Shown here: positions 27,101-40,100 of the stretch, one piece after another
How the letters are laid out: each line of letters opens with the position of its first letter
Numbering within the stretch: position 1 is the first letter of the stretch
Assembly: GCA_964057225.1 (NCBI GenBank)
Contig: CAXKVF010000080.1
Location: forward strand, 310,001-374,000
Direction of reading: 5' to 3'
Length of the DNA stretch: 64,000 nt
Origin: Auanema rhodensis
Taxonomy: Eukaryota > Animalia > Nematoda
Translations under genes and position numbers: made by a program
The notes under the pieces: model-generated
Told to the model about the DNA's origin: nothing
The model's input: only the letters and a program-made list of their open reading frames with translations
Databases searched by the model: none

Positions 27101-30100
27101 AAGAGATGCGGTTTTCAAAATTAGATTCCCCATGTCCATATTAGTCTAAAAACAAATTTTTATTGATATTGGTGCATGGTAACCATGACTTTGAAATTTA
27201 CGTGAACTTTAATTTATGCTAATTAAATGTACACGTGATGTGCACTTGTTATGTAACTCGCTTCACGTGAAAGATAAAGAGATGCGGTTTTCAAAATTAG
27301 ATTCCCCATGTCCATATTAGTCTAAAAACAAATTTTTATTGATATTGGTTCATGGTAACCATGACTTTGAAATTTACGTGAACTTTAATTTATGCTAATT
27401 AAATGTACACGTGATGTGCACTTGGTATGTAACTCGCTTCACGTGAAAGATAAAGAGATGCGGTTTTTAAAAATAGATTCCCCATGTCCATATTAGTCTA
27501 AAAACAAATTTTTATTGATATTGGTTCATGGTAACCATGACTTTGAAATTTACGTGAACTTTAATTTATGCTAATTAAATGTACACGTGATGTGCACTTG
27601 GTATGTAACTCGCTTCACGTGAAAGATAAAGAGATGCGGTTTTCAAAATTAGATTCCCCATGTCCATATTAGTCTAAAAACAAATTTTTATTGATATTGG
27701 TTCATGGTAACCATGACTTTGAATTTTACGTGAACTTTAATTTATGCTAATTAAATGTACACGTGATGTGCACTTGGTATGTAACTCGCTTCACGTGAAA
27801 GATAAAGAGATGCGGTTTTCAAAATTAGATTCCCCATGTCCATATTAGTCTAAAAACAAATTTTTATTGATATTGCTTCATGGTAACCATGACTTTGAAA
27901 TTTACGTGAACTTTAATTTATGCTAATTAAATGTACACGTGATGTGCACTTGGTATGTAACTCGCTTCACGTGAAAGATAAAGAGATGCGGTTTTCAAAA
28001 TTAGATTCCCCATGTCCATATTAGTCTCAAAACAAATTTTTATTGATATTGGTTCATGGTAACCATGACTTTGAAATTTACGTGAACTTTAATTTATGCT
28101 AATTAAATGTACACGTGATGTGCACTTGGTATGTAACTCGCTTCACGTGAAAGATAAAGAGATGCGGTTTTCAAAATTAGATTCCCCATGTCCATATTAG
28201 TCTAAAAACAAATTTTTATTGATATTGGTGCATGGTAACCATGACTTTGAAATTTACGTGAAATTTAATTTATGCTAATTAAATGTACACGTGATGTGCA
28301 CTTGGTATGTAACTCGCTTCACGTGAAAGATAAAGAGATGCGGTTTTCTAAATTAGATTCCCCATGTCCATATTAGTCTAAAAACAAATTTTTATTGATA
28401 TTGGTTCATGGTAACCATGACTTTGAAATTTACGTGAACTTTAATTTATGCTAATTAAATGTACACGTGATGTGCACTTGGTATGTAACTCGCTTCACGT
28501 GAAAGAAGAAGAGATGCGGTTTTCAAAATTAGATTCCCCATGTCCATATTAGTCTAAAAACAAATTTTTATTGATATTGGTTCATGGTAACCATGACTTT
28601 GAAATTTACGTGAACTTTAATTTATGCTAATTAAATGTACACGTGATGTGCACTTGATATGTAACTCGCTTCACGTGAAAGATAAAGAGATGCGGTTTTC
28701 TAAATTAGATTCCCCATGTCCATATTAGTCTAAAAACAAATTTTTATTGATATTGGTTCATGGTAACCATGACTTTGAAATTTACGTGAACTTTAATTTA
28801 TGCTAATTAAATGTACACGTGATGTGCACTTGGTATGTAACTCGCTTCACGTGAAAGATAAAGAGATGCGGTTTTCAAAATTAGATTCCCCATGTCCATA
28901 TTAGTCTAAAAACAAATTTTTATTGATATTGGTGCATGGTAACCATGACTTTGAAATTTACGTGAACTTTAATTTATGCTAATTAAATGTACACGTGATG
29001 TGCACTTGGTATGTAACTCGCTTCACGTGAAAGATAAAGAGATGCGGTTTTCAAAATTAGATTCCCCATGTCCATATTAGTCTAAAAACAAATTTTTATT
29101 GATATTGGTGCATGGTAACCATGACTTTGAAATTTACGTGAACTTTAATTCATGCTAATTAAATGTACACGTGATGTGCACTTGGTATGTAACTCGCTTC
29201 ACGTGAAAGATAAAGAGATGCGGTTTTCAAAATTAGATTCCCCATGTCCATATTAGTCTAAAAACAAATTTTTATTGATATTGGTTCATGGTAACCATGA
29301 CTTTGAAATTTACGTGAACTTTAATTTATGCTAATTAAATGTACACGTGATGTGCACTTGGTATGTAACTCGCTTCACGTGAAAGATAAAGAGATGCGGT
29401 TTTCAAAATTAGATTCCCCATGTCCATATTAGTCTAAAAACAAATTTTTATTGATATTGCTTCATGGTAACCATGACTTTGAAATTTACGTGAACTTTAA
29501 TTTATGCTAATTAAATGTACACGTGATGTGCACTTGGTATGTAACTCGCTTCACGTGAAAGATAAAGAGATGCGGTTTTCAAAATTAGATTCCCCCTGTC
29601 CATATTAGTCTAAAAACAAATTTTTATTGATATTGCTTCATGGTAACCATGACTTTGAAATTTACGTGAACTTTAATTTATGCTAATTAAATGTACACGT
29701 GATGTGCACTTGGTATGTAACTCGCTTCACGTGAAAGATAAAGAGATGCGGTTTTCAAAATTAGATTCCCCATGTCCATATTAGTCTAAAAACAAATTTT
29801 TATTGATATTGCTTCATGGTAACCATGACTTTGAAATTTACGTGAACTTTAATTTATGCTAATTAAATGTACACGTGATGTGCACTTGGTATGTAACTCG
29901 CTTCACGTGAAAGATAAAGAGATGCGGTTTTCAAAATTAGATTCCCCATGTCCATATTAGTCTAAAAACAAATTTTTATTGATATTGCTTCATGGTAACC
30001 ATGACTTTGAAATTTACGTGAACTTTAATTTATGCTAATTAAATGTACACGTGATGTGCACTTGGTATGTAACTCGCTTCACGTGAAAGATAAAGAGATG

Positions 30101-31152
30101 CGGTTTTCAAAATTAGATTCCCCCTGTCCATATTAGTCTAAAAACAAATTTTTATTGATATTGCTTCATGGTAACCATGACTTTGAAATTTACGTGAACT
30201 TTAATTTATGCTAATTAAATGTACACGTGATGTGCACTTGGTATGTAACTCGCTTCACGTGAAAGATAAAGAGATGCGGTTTTCAAAATTAGATTCCCCA
30301 TGTCCATATTAGTCTAAAAACAAATTTTTATTGATATTGCTTCATGGTAACCATGACTTTGAAATTTACGTGAACTTTAATTTATGCTAATTAAATGTAC
30401 ACGTGATGTGCACTTGGTATGTAACTCGCTTCACGTGAAAGATAAAGAGATGCGGTTTTCAAAATTAGATTCCCCATGTCCATATTAGTCTAAAAACAAA
30501 TTTTTATTGATATTGGTGCATGGTAACCATGACTTTGAAATTTACGTGAACTTTAATTTATGCTAATTAAATGTACACGTGATGTGCACTTGGTATGTAA
30601 CTCGCTTCACGTGAAAGATAAAGAGATGCGGTTTTCAAAATTAGATTCCCCATGTCCATATTAGTCTAAAAACAAATTTTTATTGATATTGCTTCATGGT
30701 AACCATGACTTTGAAATTTACGTGAACTTTAATTTATGCTAATTAAAAGTACACGTGATGTGCACTTGGTATGTAACTCGCTTCACGTGAAAGATAAAGA
30801 GATGCGGTTTTCAAAATTAGATTCCCCATGTCCATATTAGTCTAAAAACAAATTTTTATTGATATTGGTGCATGGTAACCATGACTTTGAAATTTACGTG
30901 AACTTTAATTTATGCTAATTAAATGTACACGTGATGTGCACTTGGTATGTAACTCGCTTCACGTGAAAGATAAAGAGATGCGGTTTTCAAAATTAGATTC
31001 CCCATGTCCATATTAGTCTCAAAACAAATTTTTATTGATATTGGTTCATGGTAACCATGACTTTGAAATTTACGTGAACTTTAATTTATGCTAATTAAAT
31101 GTACACGTGATGTGCACTTGGTATGTAACTCGCTTCACGTGAAAGAAAAAGA

Positions 31153-34100
31153 GATGCGGTTTTCAAAATTAGATTTCCCATGTCCATATTAGTCTAAAAA
31201 CAAATTTTTATTGATATTGCTTCATGGTAACCATGACTTTGAAATTTACGTGAACTTTAATTTATGCTAATTAAATGTACACGTGATGTGCACTTGGTAT
31301 GTAACTCGCTTCACGTGAAAGATAAAGAGATGCGGTTTTCAAAATTAGATTCCCCCTGTCCATATTAGTCTAAAAACAAATTTTTATTGATATTGCTTCA
31401 TGGTAACCATGACTTTGAAATTTACGTGAACTTTAATTTATGCTAATTAAATGTACACGTGATGTGCACTTGGTATGTAACTCGCTTCACGTGAAAGATA
31501 AAGAGATGCGGTTTTCAAAATTAGATTCCCCATGTCCATATTAGTCTAAAAACAAATTTTTATTGATATTGCTTCATGGTAACCATGACTTTGAAATTTA
31601 CGTGAACTTTAATTTATGCTAATTAAATGTACACGTGATGTGCACTTGGTATGTAACTCGCTTCACGTGAAAGATAAAGAGATGCGGTTTTCAAAATTAG
31701 ATTCCCCATGTCCATATTAGTCTCAAAACAAATTTTTATTGATATTGGTTCATGGTAACCATGACTTTGAAATTTACGTGAACTTTAATTTATGCTAATT
31801 AAATGTACACGTGATGTGCACTTGGTATGTAACTCGCTTCACGTGAAAGATAAAGAGATGCGGTTTTCAAAATTAGATTCCCCATGTCCATATTAGTCTA
31901 AAAACAAATTTTTATTGATATTGCTTCATGGTAACCATGACTTTGAAATTTACGTGAACTTTAATTTATGCTAATTAAATGTACACGTGATGTGCACTTG
32001 GTATGTAACTCGCTTCACGTGAAAGATAAAGAGATGCGGTTTTCAAAATTAGATTCCCCATGTCCATATTAGTCTAAAAACAAATTTTTATTGATATTGC
32101 TTCATGGTAACCATGACTTTGAAATTTACGTGAACTTTAATTTATGCTAATTAAATGTACACGTGATGTGCACTTGGTATGTAACTCGCTTCACGTGAAA
32201 GATAAAGAGATGCGGTTTTCAAAATTAGATTCCCCATGTCCATATTAGTCTAAAAACAAATTTTTATTGATATTGGTTCATGGTAACCATGACTTTGAAA
32301 TTTACGTGAACTTTAATTTATGCTAATTAAATGTACACGTGATGTGCACTTGGTATGTAACTCGCTTCACGTGAAAGATAAAGAGATGCGGTTTTCAAAA
32401 TTAGATTCCCCATGTCCATATTAGTCTAAAAACAAATTTTTATTGATATTGCTTCATGGTAACCATGACTTTGAAATTTACGTGAACTTTAATTTATGCT
32501 AATTAAATGTACACGTGATGTGCACTTGGTATGTAACTCGCTTCACGTGAAAGATAAAGAGATGCGGTTTTCAAAATTAGATTCCCCATGTCCATATTAG
32601 TCTAAAAACAAATTTTTATTGATATTGGTGCATGGTAACCATGACTTTGAAATTTACGTGAACTTTAATTTATGCTAATTAAATGTACACGTGATGTGCA
32701 CTTGGTATGTAACTCGCTTCACGTGAAAGATAAAGAGATGCGGTTTTCAAAATTAGATTCCCCATGTCCATATTAGTCTCAAAACAAATTTTTATTGATA
32801 TTGGTTCATGGTAACCATGACTTTGAAATTTACGTGAACTTTAATTTATGCTAATTAAATGTACACGTGATGTGCACTTGGTATGGAACTCGCTTCACGT
32901 GAAAGATAAAGAGATGCGGTTTTCAAAATTAGATTTCCCATGTCCATATTAGTCTAAAAACAAATTTTTATTGATATTGCTTCATGGTAACCATGACTTT
33001 GAAATTTACGTGAACTTTAATTTATGCTAATTAAATGTACACGTGATGTGCACTTGGTATGTAACTCGCTTCACGTGAAAGATAAAGAGATGCGGTTTTC
33101 AAAATTAGATTCCCCATGTCCATATTAGTCTAAAAACAAATTTTTATTGATATTGCTTCATGGTAACCATGACTTTGAAATTTACGTGAACTTTAATTTA
33201 TGCTAATTAAATGTACACGTGATGTGCACTTGGTATGTAACTCGCTTCACGTGAAAGATAAAGAGATGCGGTTTTCAAAATTAGATTCCCCCTGTCCATA
33301 TTAGTCTAAAAACAAATTTTTATTGATATTGCTTCATGGTAACCATGACTTTGAAATTTACGTGAACTTTAATTTATGCTAATTAAATGTACACGTGATG
33401 TGCACTTGGTATGTAACTCGCTTCACGTGAAAGATAAAGAGATGCGGTTTTCAAAATTAGATTCCCCATGTCCATATTAGTCTAAAAACAAATTTTTATT
33501 GATATTGCTTCATGGTAACCATGACTTTGAAATTTACGTGAACTTTAATTTATGCTAATTAAATGTACACGTGATGTGCACTTGGTATGTAACTCGCTTC
33601 ACGTGAAAGATAAAGAGATGCGGTTTTCAAAATTAGATTCCCCCTGTCCATATTAGTCTAAAAACAAATTTTTATTGATATTGCTTCATGGTAACCATGA
33701 CTTTGAAATTTACGTGAACTTTAATTTATGCTAATTAAATGTACACGTGATGTGCACTTGGTATGTAACTCGCTTCACGTGAAAGATAAAGAGATGCGGT
33801 TTTCAAAATTAGATTCCCCATGTCCATATTAGTCTAAAAACAAATTTTTATTGATATTGCTTCATGGTAACCATGACTTTGAAATTTACGTGAACTTTAA
33901 TTTATGCTAATTAAATGTACACGTGATGTGCACTTGGTATGTAACTCGCTTCACGTGAAAGATAAAGAGATGCGGTTTTCAAAATTAGATTCCCCATGTC
34001 CATATTAGTCTAAAAACAAATTTTTATTGATATTGGTGCATGGTAACCATGACTTTGAAATTTACGTGAACTTTAATTTATGCTAATTAAATGTACACGT

Positions 34101-37100
34101 GATGTGCACTTGGTATGTAACTCGCTTCACGTGAAAGATAAAGAGATGCGGTTTTCAAAATTAGATTCCCCATGTCCATATTAGTCTAAAAACAAACTTT
34201 TATTGATATTGGTGCATGGTAACCATGACTTTGAAATTTACGTGAACTTTAATTTATGCTAATTAAATGTACACGTGATGTGCACTTGGTATGTAACTCG
34301 CTTCACGTGAAAGATAAAGAGATGCGGTTTTCAAAATTAGATTCCCCATGTCCATATTAGTCTAAAAACAAATTTTTATTGATATTGGTGCATGGTAACC
34401 ATGACTTTGAAATTTACGTGAACTTTAATTTATGCTAATTAAATGTACACGTGATGTGCTCTTGGTATGTAACTCGCTTCACGTGAAAGATAAAGAGATG
34501 CGGTTTTCAAAATTAGATTTCCCTAGTCCATATTAGTCTAAAAACAAATTTTTATTGATATTGGTTCATGGTAACCATGACTTTGAAATTTACGTGAACT
34601 TTAATTTATGCTAATTAAATGTACACGTGATGTGCACTTGGTATGTAACTCGCTTCACGTGAAAGATAAAGAGATGCGGTTTTCAAAATTAGATTCCCCA
34701 TGTCCATATTAGTCTAAAAACAAATTTTTATTGATATTGGTTCATGGTAACCATGACTTTGAATTTTACGTGAACTTTAATTTATGCTAATTAAATGTAC
34801 ACGTGATGTGCACTTGGTATGTAACTCGCTTCACGTGAAAGATAAAGAGATGCGGTTTTCAAAATTAGATTCCCCATGTCCATATTAGTCTAAAAACAAA
34901 TTTTTATTGATATTGCTTCATGGTAACCATGACTTTGAAATTTACGTGAACTTTAATTTATGCTAATTAAATGTACACGTGATGTGCACTTGGTATGTAA
35001 CTCGCTTCACGTGAAAGATAAAGAGATGCGGTTTTCAAAATTAGATTCCCCATGTCCATATTAGTCTCAAAACAAATTTTTATTGATATTGGTTCATGGT
35101 AACCATGACTTTGAAATTTACGTGAACTTTAATTTATGCTAATTAAATGTACACGTGATGTGCACTTGGTATGTAACTCGCTTCACGTGAAAGATAAAGA
35201 GATGCGGTTTTCAAAATTAGATTCCCCATGTCCATATTAGTCTAAAAACAAATTTTTATTGATATAGGTGCATGGTAACCATGACTTTGAAATTTACGTG
35301 AACTTTAATTTATGCTAATTAAATGTACACGTGATGTGCACTTGGTATGTAACTCGCTTCACGTGAAAGATAAAGAGATGCGGTTTTCAAAATTAGATTC
35401 CCCATGTCCATATTAGTCTAAAAACAAATTTTTATTGATATTGGTGCATGGTAACCATGACTTTGAAATTTACGTAAACTTTAATTTATGCTAATTAAAT
35501 GTACACGTGATGTGCACTTGTTATGTAACTCGCTTCACGTGAAAGATAAAGAGATGCGGTTTTCAAAATTAGATTCCCCATGTCCATATTAGTCTAAAAA
35601 CAAACTTTTATTGATATTGGTGCATGGTAACCATGACTTTGAAATTTACGTGAACTTTAATTTATGCTAATTAAATGTACACGTGATGTGCACTTGGTAT
35701 GTAACTCGCTTCACGTGAAAGATAAAGAGATGCGGTTTTCAAAATTAGATTCCCCTAGTCCATATTAGTCTAAAAACAAATTTTTATTGATATTGGTTCA
35801 TGGTAACCATGACTTTGAAATTTACGTGAACTTTAATTTATGCTAATTAAATGTACACGTGATGTGCACTTGGTATGTAACTCGCTTCACGTGAAAGATA
35901 AAGAGATGCGGTTTTCAAAATTAGATTCCCCATGTCCATATTAGTCTAAAAACAAATTTTTATTGATATTGGTTCATGGTAACCATGACTTTGAATTTTA
36001 CGTGAACTTTAATTTATGCTAATTAAATGTACACGTGATGTGCACTTGGTATGTAACTCGCTTCACGTGAAAGATAAAGAGATGCGGTTTTCAAAATTAG
36101 ATTCCCCATGTCCATATTAGTCTAAAAACAAATTTTTATTGATATTGCTTCATGGTAACCATGACTTTGAAATTTACGTGAACTTTAATTTATGCTAATT
36201 AAATGTACACGTGATGTGCACTTGGTATGTAACTCGCTTCACGTGAAAGATAAAGAGATGCGGTTTTCAAAATTAGATTCCCCATGTCCATATTAGTCTC
36301 AAAACAAATTTTTATTGATATTGGTTCATGGTAACCATGACTTTGAAATTTACGTGAACTTTAATTTATGCTAATTAAATGTACACGTGATGTGCACTTG
36401 GTATGTAACTCGCTTCACGTGAAAGATAAAGAGATGCGGTTTTCAAAATTAGATTCCCCATGTCCATATTAGTCTAAAAACAAATTTTTATTGATATTGG
36501 TGCATGGTAACCATGACTTTGAAATTTACGTGAACTTTAATTTATGCTAATTAAATGTACACGTGATGTGCACTTGGTATGTAACTCGCTTCACGTGAAA
36601 GATAAAGAGATGCGGTTTTCAAAATTAGATTCCCCATGTCCATATTAGTCTAAAAACAAATTTTTATTGATATTGGTGTATGGTAACCATGACTTTGAAA
36701 TTTACGTGAACTTTAATTTATGCTAATTAAATGTACACGTGATGTGCACTTGTTATGTAACTCGCTTCACGTGAAAGATAAAGAGATGCGGTTTTCAAAA
36801 TTAGATTCCCCATGTCCATATTAGTCTAAAAACAAATTTTTATTGATATTGGTTCATGGTAACCATGACTTTGAAATTTACGTGAACTTTAATTTATGCT
36901 AATTAAATGTACACGTGATGTGCACTTGGTATGTAACTCGCTTCACGTGAAAGATAAAGAGATGCGGTTTTCAAAAATAGATTCCCCATGTCCATATTAG
37001 TCTAAAAACAAATTTTTATTGATATTGGTTCATGGTAACCATGACTTTGAAATTTACGTGAACTTTAATTTATGCTAATTAAATGTACACGTGATGTGCA

Positions 37101-40100
37101 CTTGGTATGTAACTCGATTCACGTGAAAGATAAAGAGATGCGGTTTTCAAAATTAGATTCCCCATGTCCATATTAGTCTAAAAACAAATTTTTATTGATA
37201 TTGGTGCATGGTAACCATGACTTTGAAATTTACGTGAAATTTAATTTATGCTAATTAAATGTACACGTGATGTGCACTTGGTATGTAACTCGCTTCACGT
37301 GAAAGATAAAGAGATGCGGTTTTCAAAATTAGATTCCCCATGTCCATATTAGTCTAAAAACAAATTTTTATTGATATTGGTTCATGGTAACCATGACTTT
37401 GAAATTTACGTGAACTTTAATTTATGCTAATTAAATGTACACGTGATGTGCACTTGGTATGTAACTCGCTTCACGTGAAAGAAGAAGAGATGCGGTTTTC
37501 AAAATTAGATTCCCCATGTCCATATTAGTCTAAAAACAAATTTTTATTGATATTGGTTCATGGTAACCATGACTTTGAAATTTACGTGAACTTTAATTTA
37601 TGCTAATTAAATGTACACGTGATGTGCACTTGGTATGTAACTCGCTTCACGTGAAAGATAAAGAGATGCGGTTTTCAAAATTAGATTCCCCATGTCCATA
37701 TTAGTCTAAAAACAAATTTTTATTGATATTGGTGCATGGTAACCATGACTTTGAAATTTACGTGAACTTTAATTTATGCTAATTAAATGTACACGTGATG
37801 TGCACTTGGTATGTAACTCGCTTCACGTGAAAGATAAAGAGATGCGGTTTTCAAAATTAGATTCCCCATGTCCATATTAGTCTAAAAACAAATTTTTATT
37901 GATATTGGTGCATGGTAACCATGACTTTGAAATTTACGTGAACTTTAATTCATGCTAATTAAATGTACACGTGATGTGCACTTGGTATGTAACTCGCTTC
38001 ACGTGAAAGATAAAGAGATGCGGTTTTCAAAATTAGATTCCCCATGTCCATATTAGTCTAAAAACAAATTTTTATTGATATTGGTTCATGGTAACCATGA
38101 CTTTGAAATTTACGTGAACTTTAATTTATGCTAATTAAATGTACACGTGATGTGCACTTGGTATGTAACTCGCTTCACGTGAAAGATAAAGAGATGCGGT
38201 TTTCAAAATTAGATTCCCCATGTCCATATTAGTCTAAAAACAAATTTTTATTGATATTGCTTCATGGTAACCATGACTTTGAAATTTACGTGAACTTTAA
38301 TTTATGCTAATTAAATGTACACGTGATGTGCACTTGGTATGTAACTCGCTTCACGTGAAAGATAAAGAGATGCGGTTTTCAAAATTAGATTCCCCATGTC
38401 CATATTAGTCTAAAAACAAATTTTTATTGATATTGCTTCATGGTAACCATGACTTTGAAATTTACGTGAACTTTAATTTATGCTAATTAAATGTACACGT
38501 GATGTGCACTTGGTATGTAACTCGCTTCACGTGAAAGATAAAGAGATGCGGTTTTCAAAATTAGATTCCCCATGTCCATATTAGTCTAAAAACAAATTTT
38601 TATTGATATTGGTGCATGGTAACCATGACTTTGAAATTTACGTGAACTTTAATTTATGCTAATTAAATGTACACGTGATGTGCACTTGGTATGTAACTCG
38701 CTTCACGTGAAAGATAAAGAGATGCGGTTTTCAAAATTAGATTCCCCATGTCCATATTAGTCTAAAAACAAATTTTTATTGATATTGCTTCATGGTAACC
38801 ATGACTTTGAAATTTACGTGAACTTTAATTTATGCTAATTAAATGTACACGTGATGTGCACTTGGTATGTAACTCGCTTCACGTGAAAGATAAAGAGATG
38901 CGGTTTTCAAAATTAGATTCCCCATGTCCATATTAGTCTCAAAACAAATTTTTATTGATATTGGTTCATGGTAACCATGACTTTGAAATTTACGTGAACT
39001 TTAATTTATGCTAATTAAATGTACACGTGATGTGCACTTGGTATGTAACTCGCTTCACGTGAAAGATAAAGAGATGCGGTTTTCAAAATTAGATTTCCCA
39101 TGTCCATATTAGTCTAATAACAAATTTTTATTGATATTGCTTCATGGTAACCATGACTTTGAAATTTACGTGAACTTTAATTTATGCTAATTAAATGTAC
39201 ACGTGATGTGCACTTGGTATGTAACTCGCTTCACGTGAAAGATAAAGAGATGCGGTTTTCAAAATTAGATTCCCCCTGTCCATATTAGTCTAAAAACAAA
39301 TTTTTATTGATATTGCTTCATGGTAACCATGACTTTGAAATTTACGTGAACTTTAATTTATGCTAATTAAATGTACACGTGATGTGCACTTGGTATGTAA
39401 CTCGCTTCACGTGAAAGATAAAGAGATGCGGTTTTCAAAATTAGATTCCCCATGTCCATATTAGTCTAAAAACAAATTTTTATTGATATTGCTTCATGGT
39501 AACCATGACTTTGAAATTTACGTGAACTTTAATTTATGCTAATTAAATGTACACGTGATGTGCACTTGGTATGTAACTCGCTTCACGTGAAAGATAAAGA
39601 GATGCGGTTTTCAAAATTAGATTTCCCATGTCCATATTAGTCTAATAACAAATTTTTATTGATATTGCTTCATGGTAACCATGACTTTGAAATTTACGTG
39701 AACTTTAATTTATGCTAATTAAATGTACACGTGATGTGCACTTGGTATGTAACTCGCTTCACGTGAAAGATAAAGAGATGCGGTTTTCAAAATTAGATTC
39801 CCCCTGTCCATATTAGTCTAAAAACAAATTTTTATTGATATTGCTTCATGGTAACCATGACTTTGAAATTTACGTGAACTTTAATTTATGCTAATTAAAT
39901 GTACACGTGATGTGCACTTGGTATGTAACTCGCTTCACGTGAAAGATAAAGAGATGCGGTTTTCAAAATTAGATTCCCCATGTCCATATTAGTCTAAAAA
40001 CAAATTTTTATTGATATTGCTTCATGGTAACCATGACTTTGAAATTTACGTGAACTTTAATTTATGCTAATTAAATGTACACGTGATGTGCACTTGGTAT

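Larger units (their letters stand above)
1..37312. repeat. Left sub-domain of the array, defined by markers AT28-29TA, A92T, G145T and T17A
   Basis: These four variants recur from ~2.5 kb on and are last seen at ~35756, ~35996, ~36753 and ~36977. The boundary is gradual and overlaps the middle domain. Confidence 0.75.
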
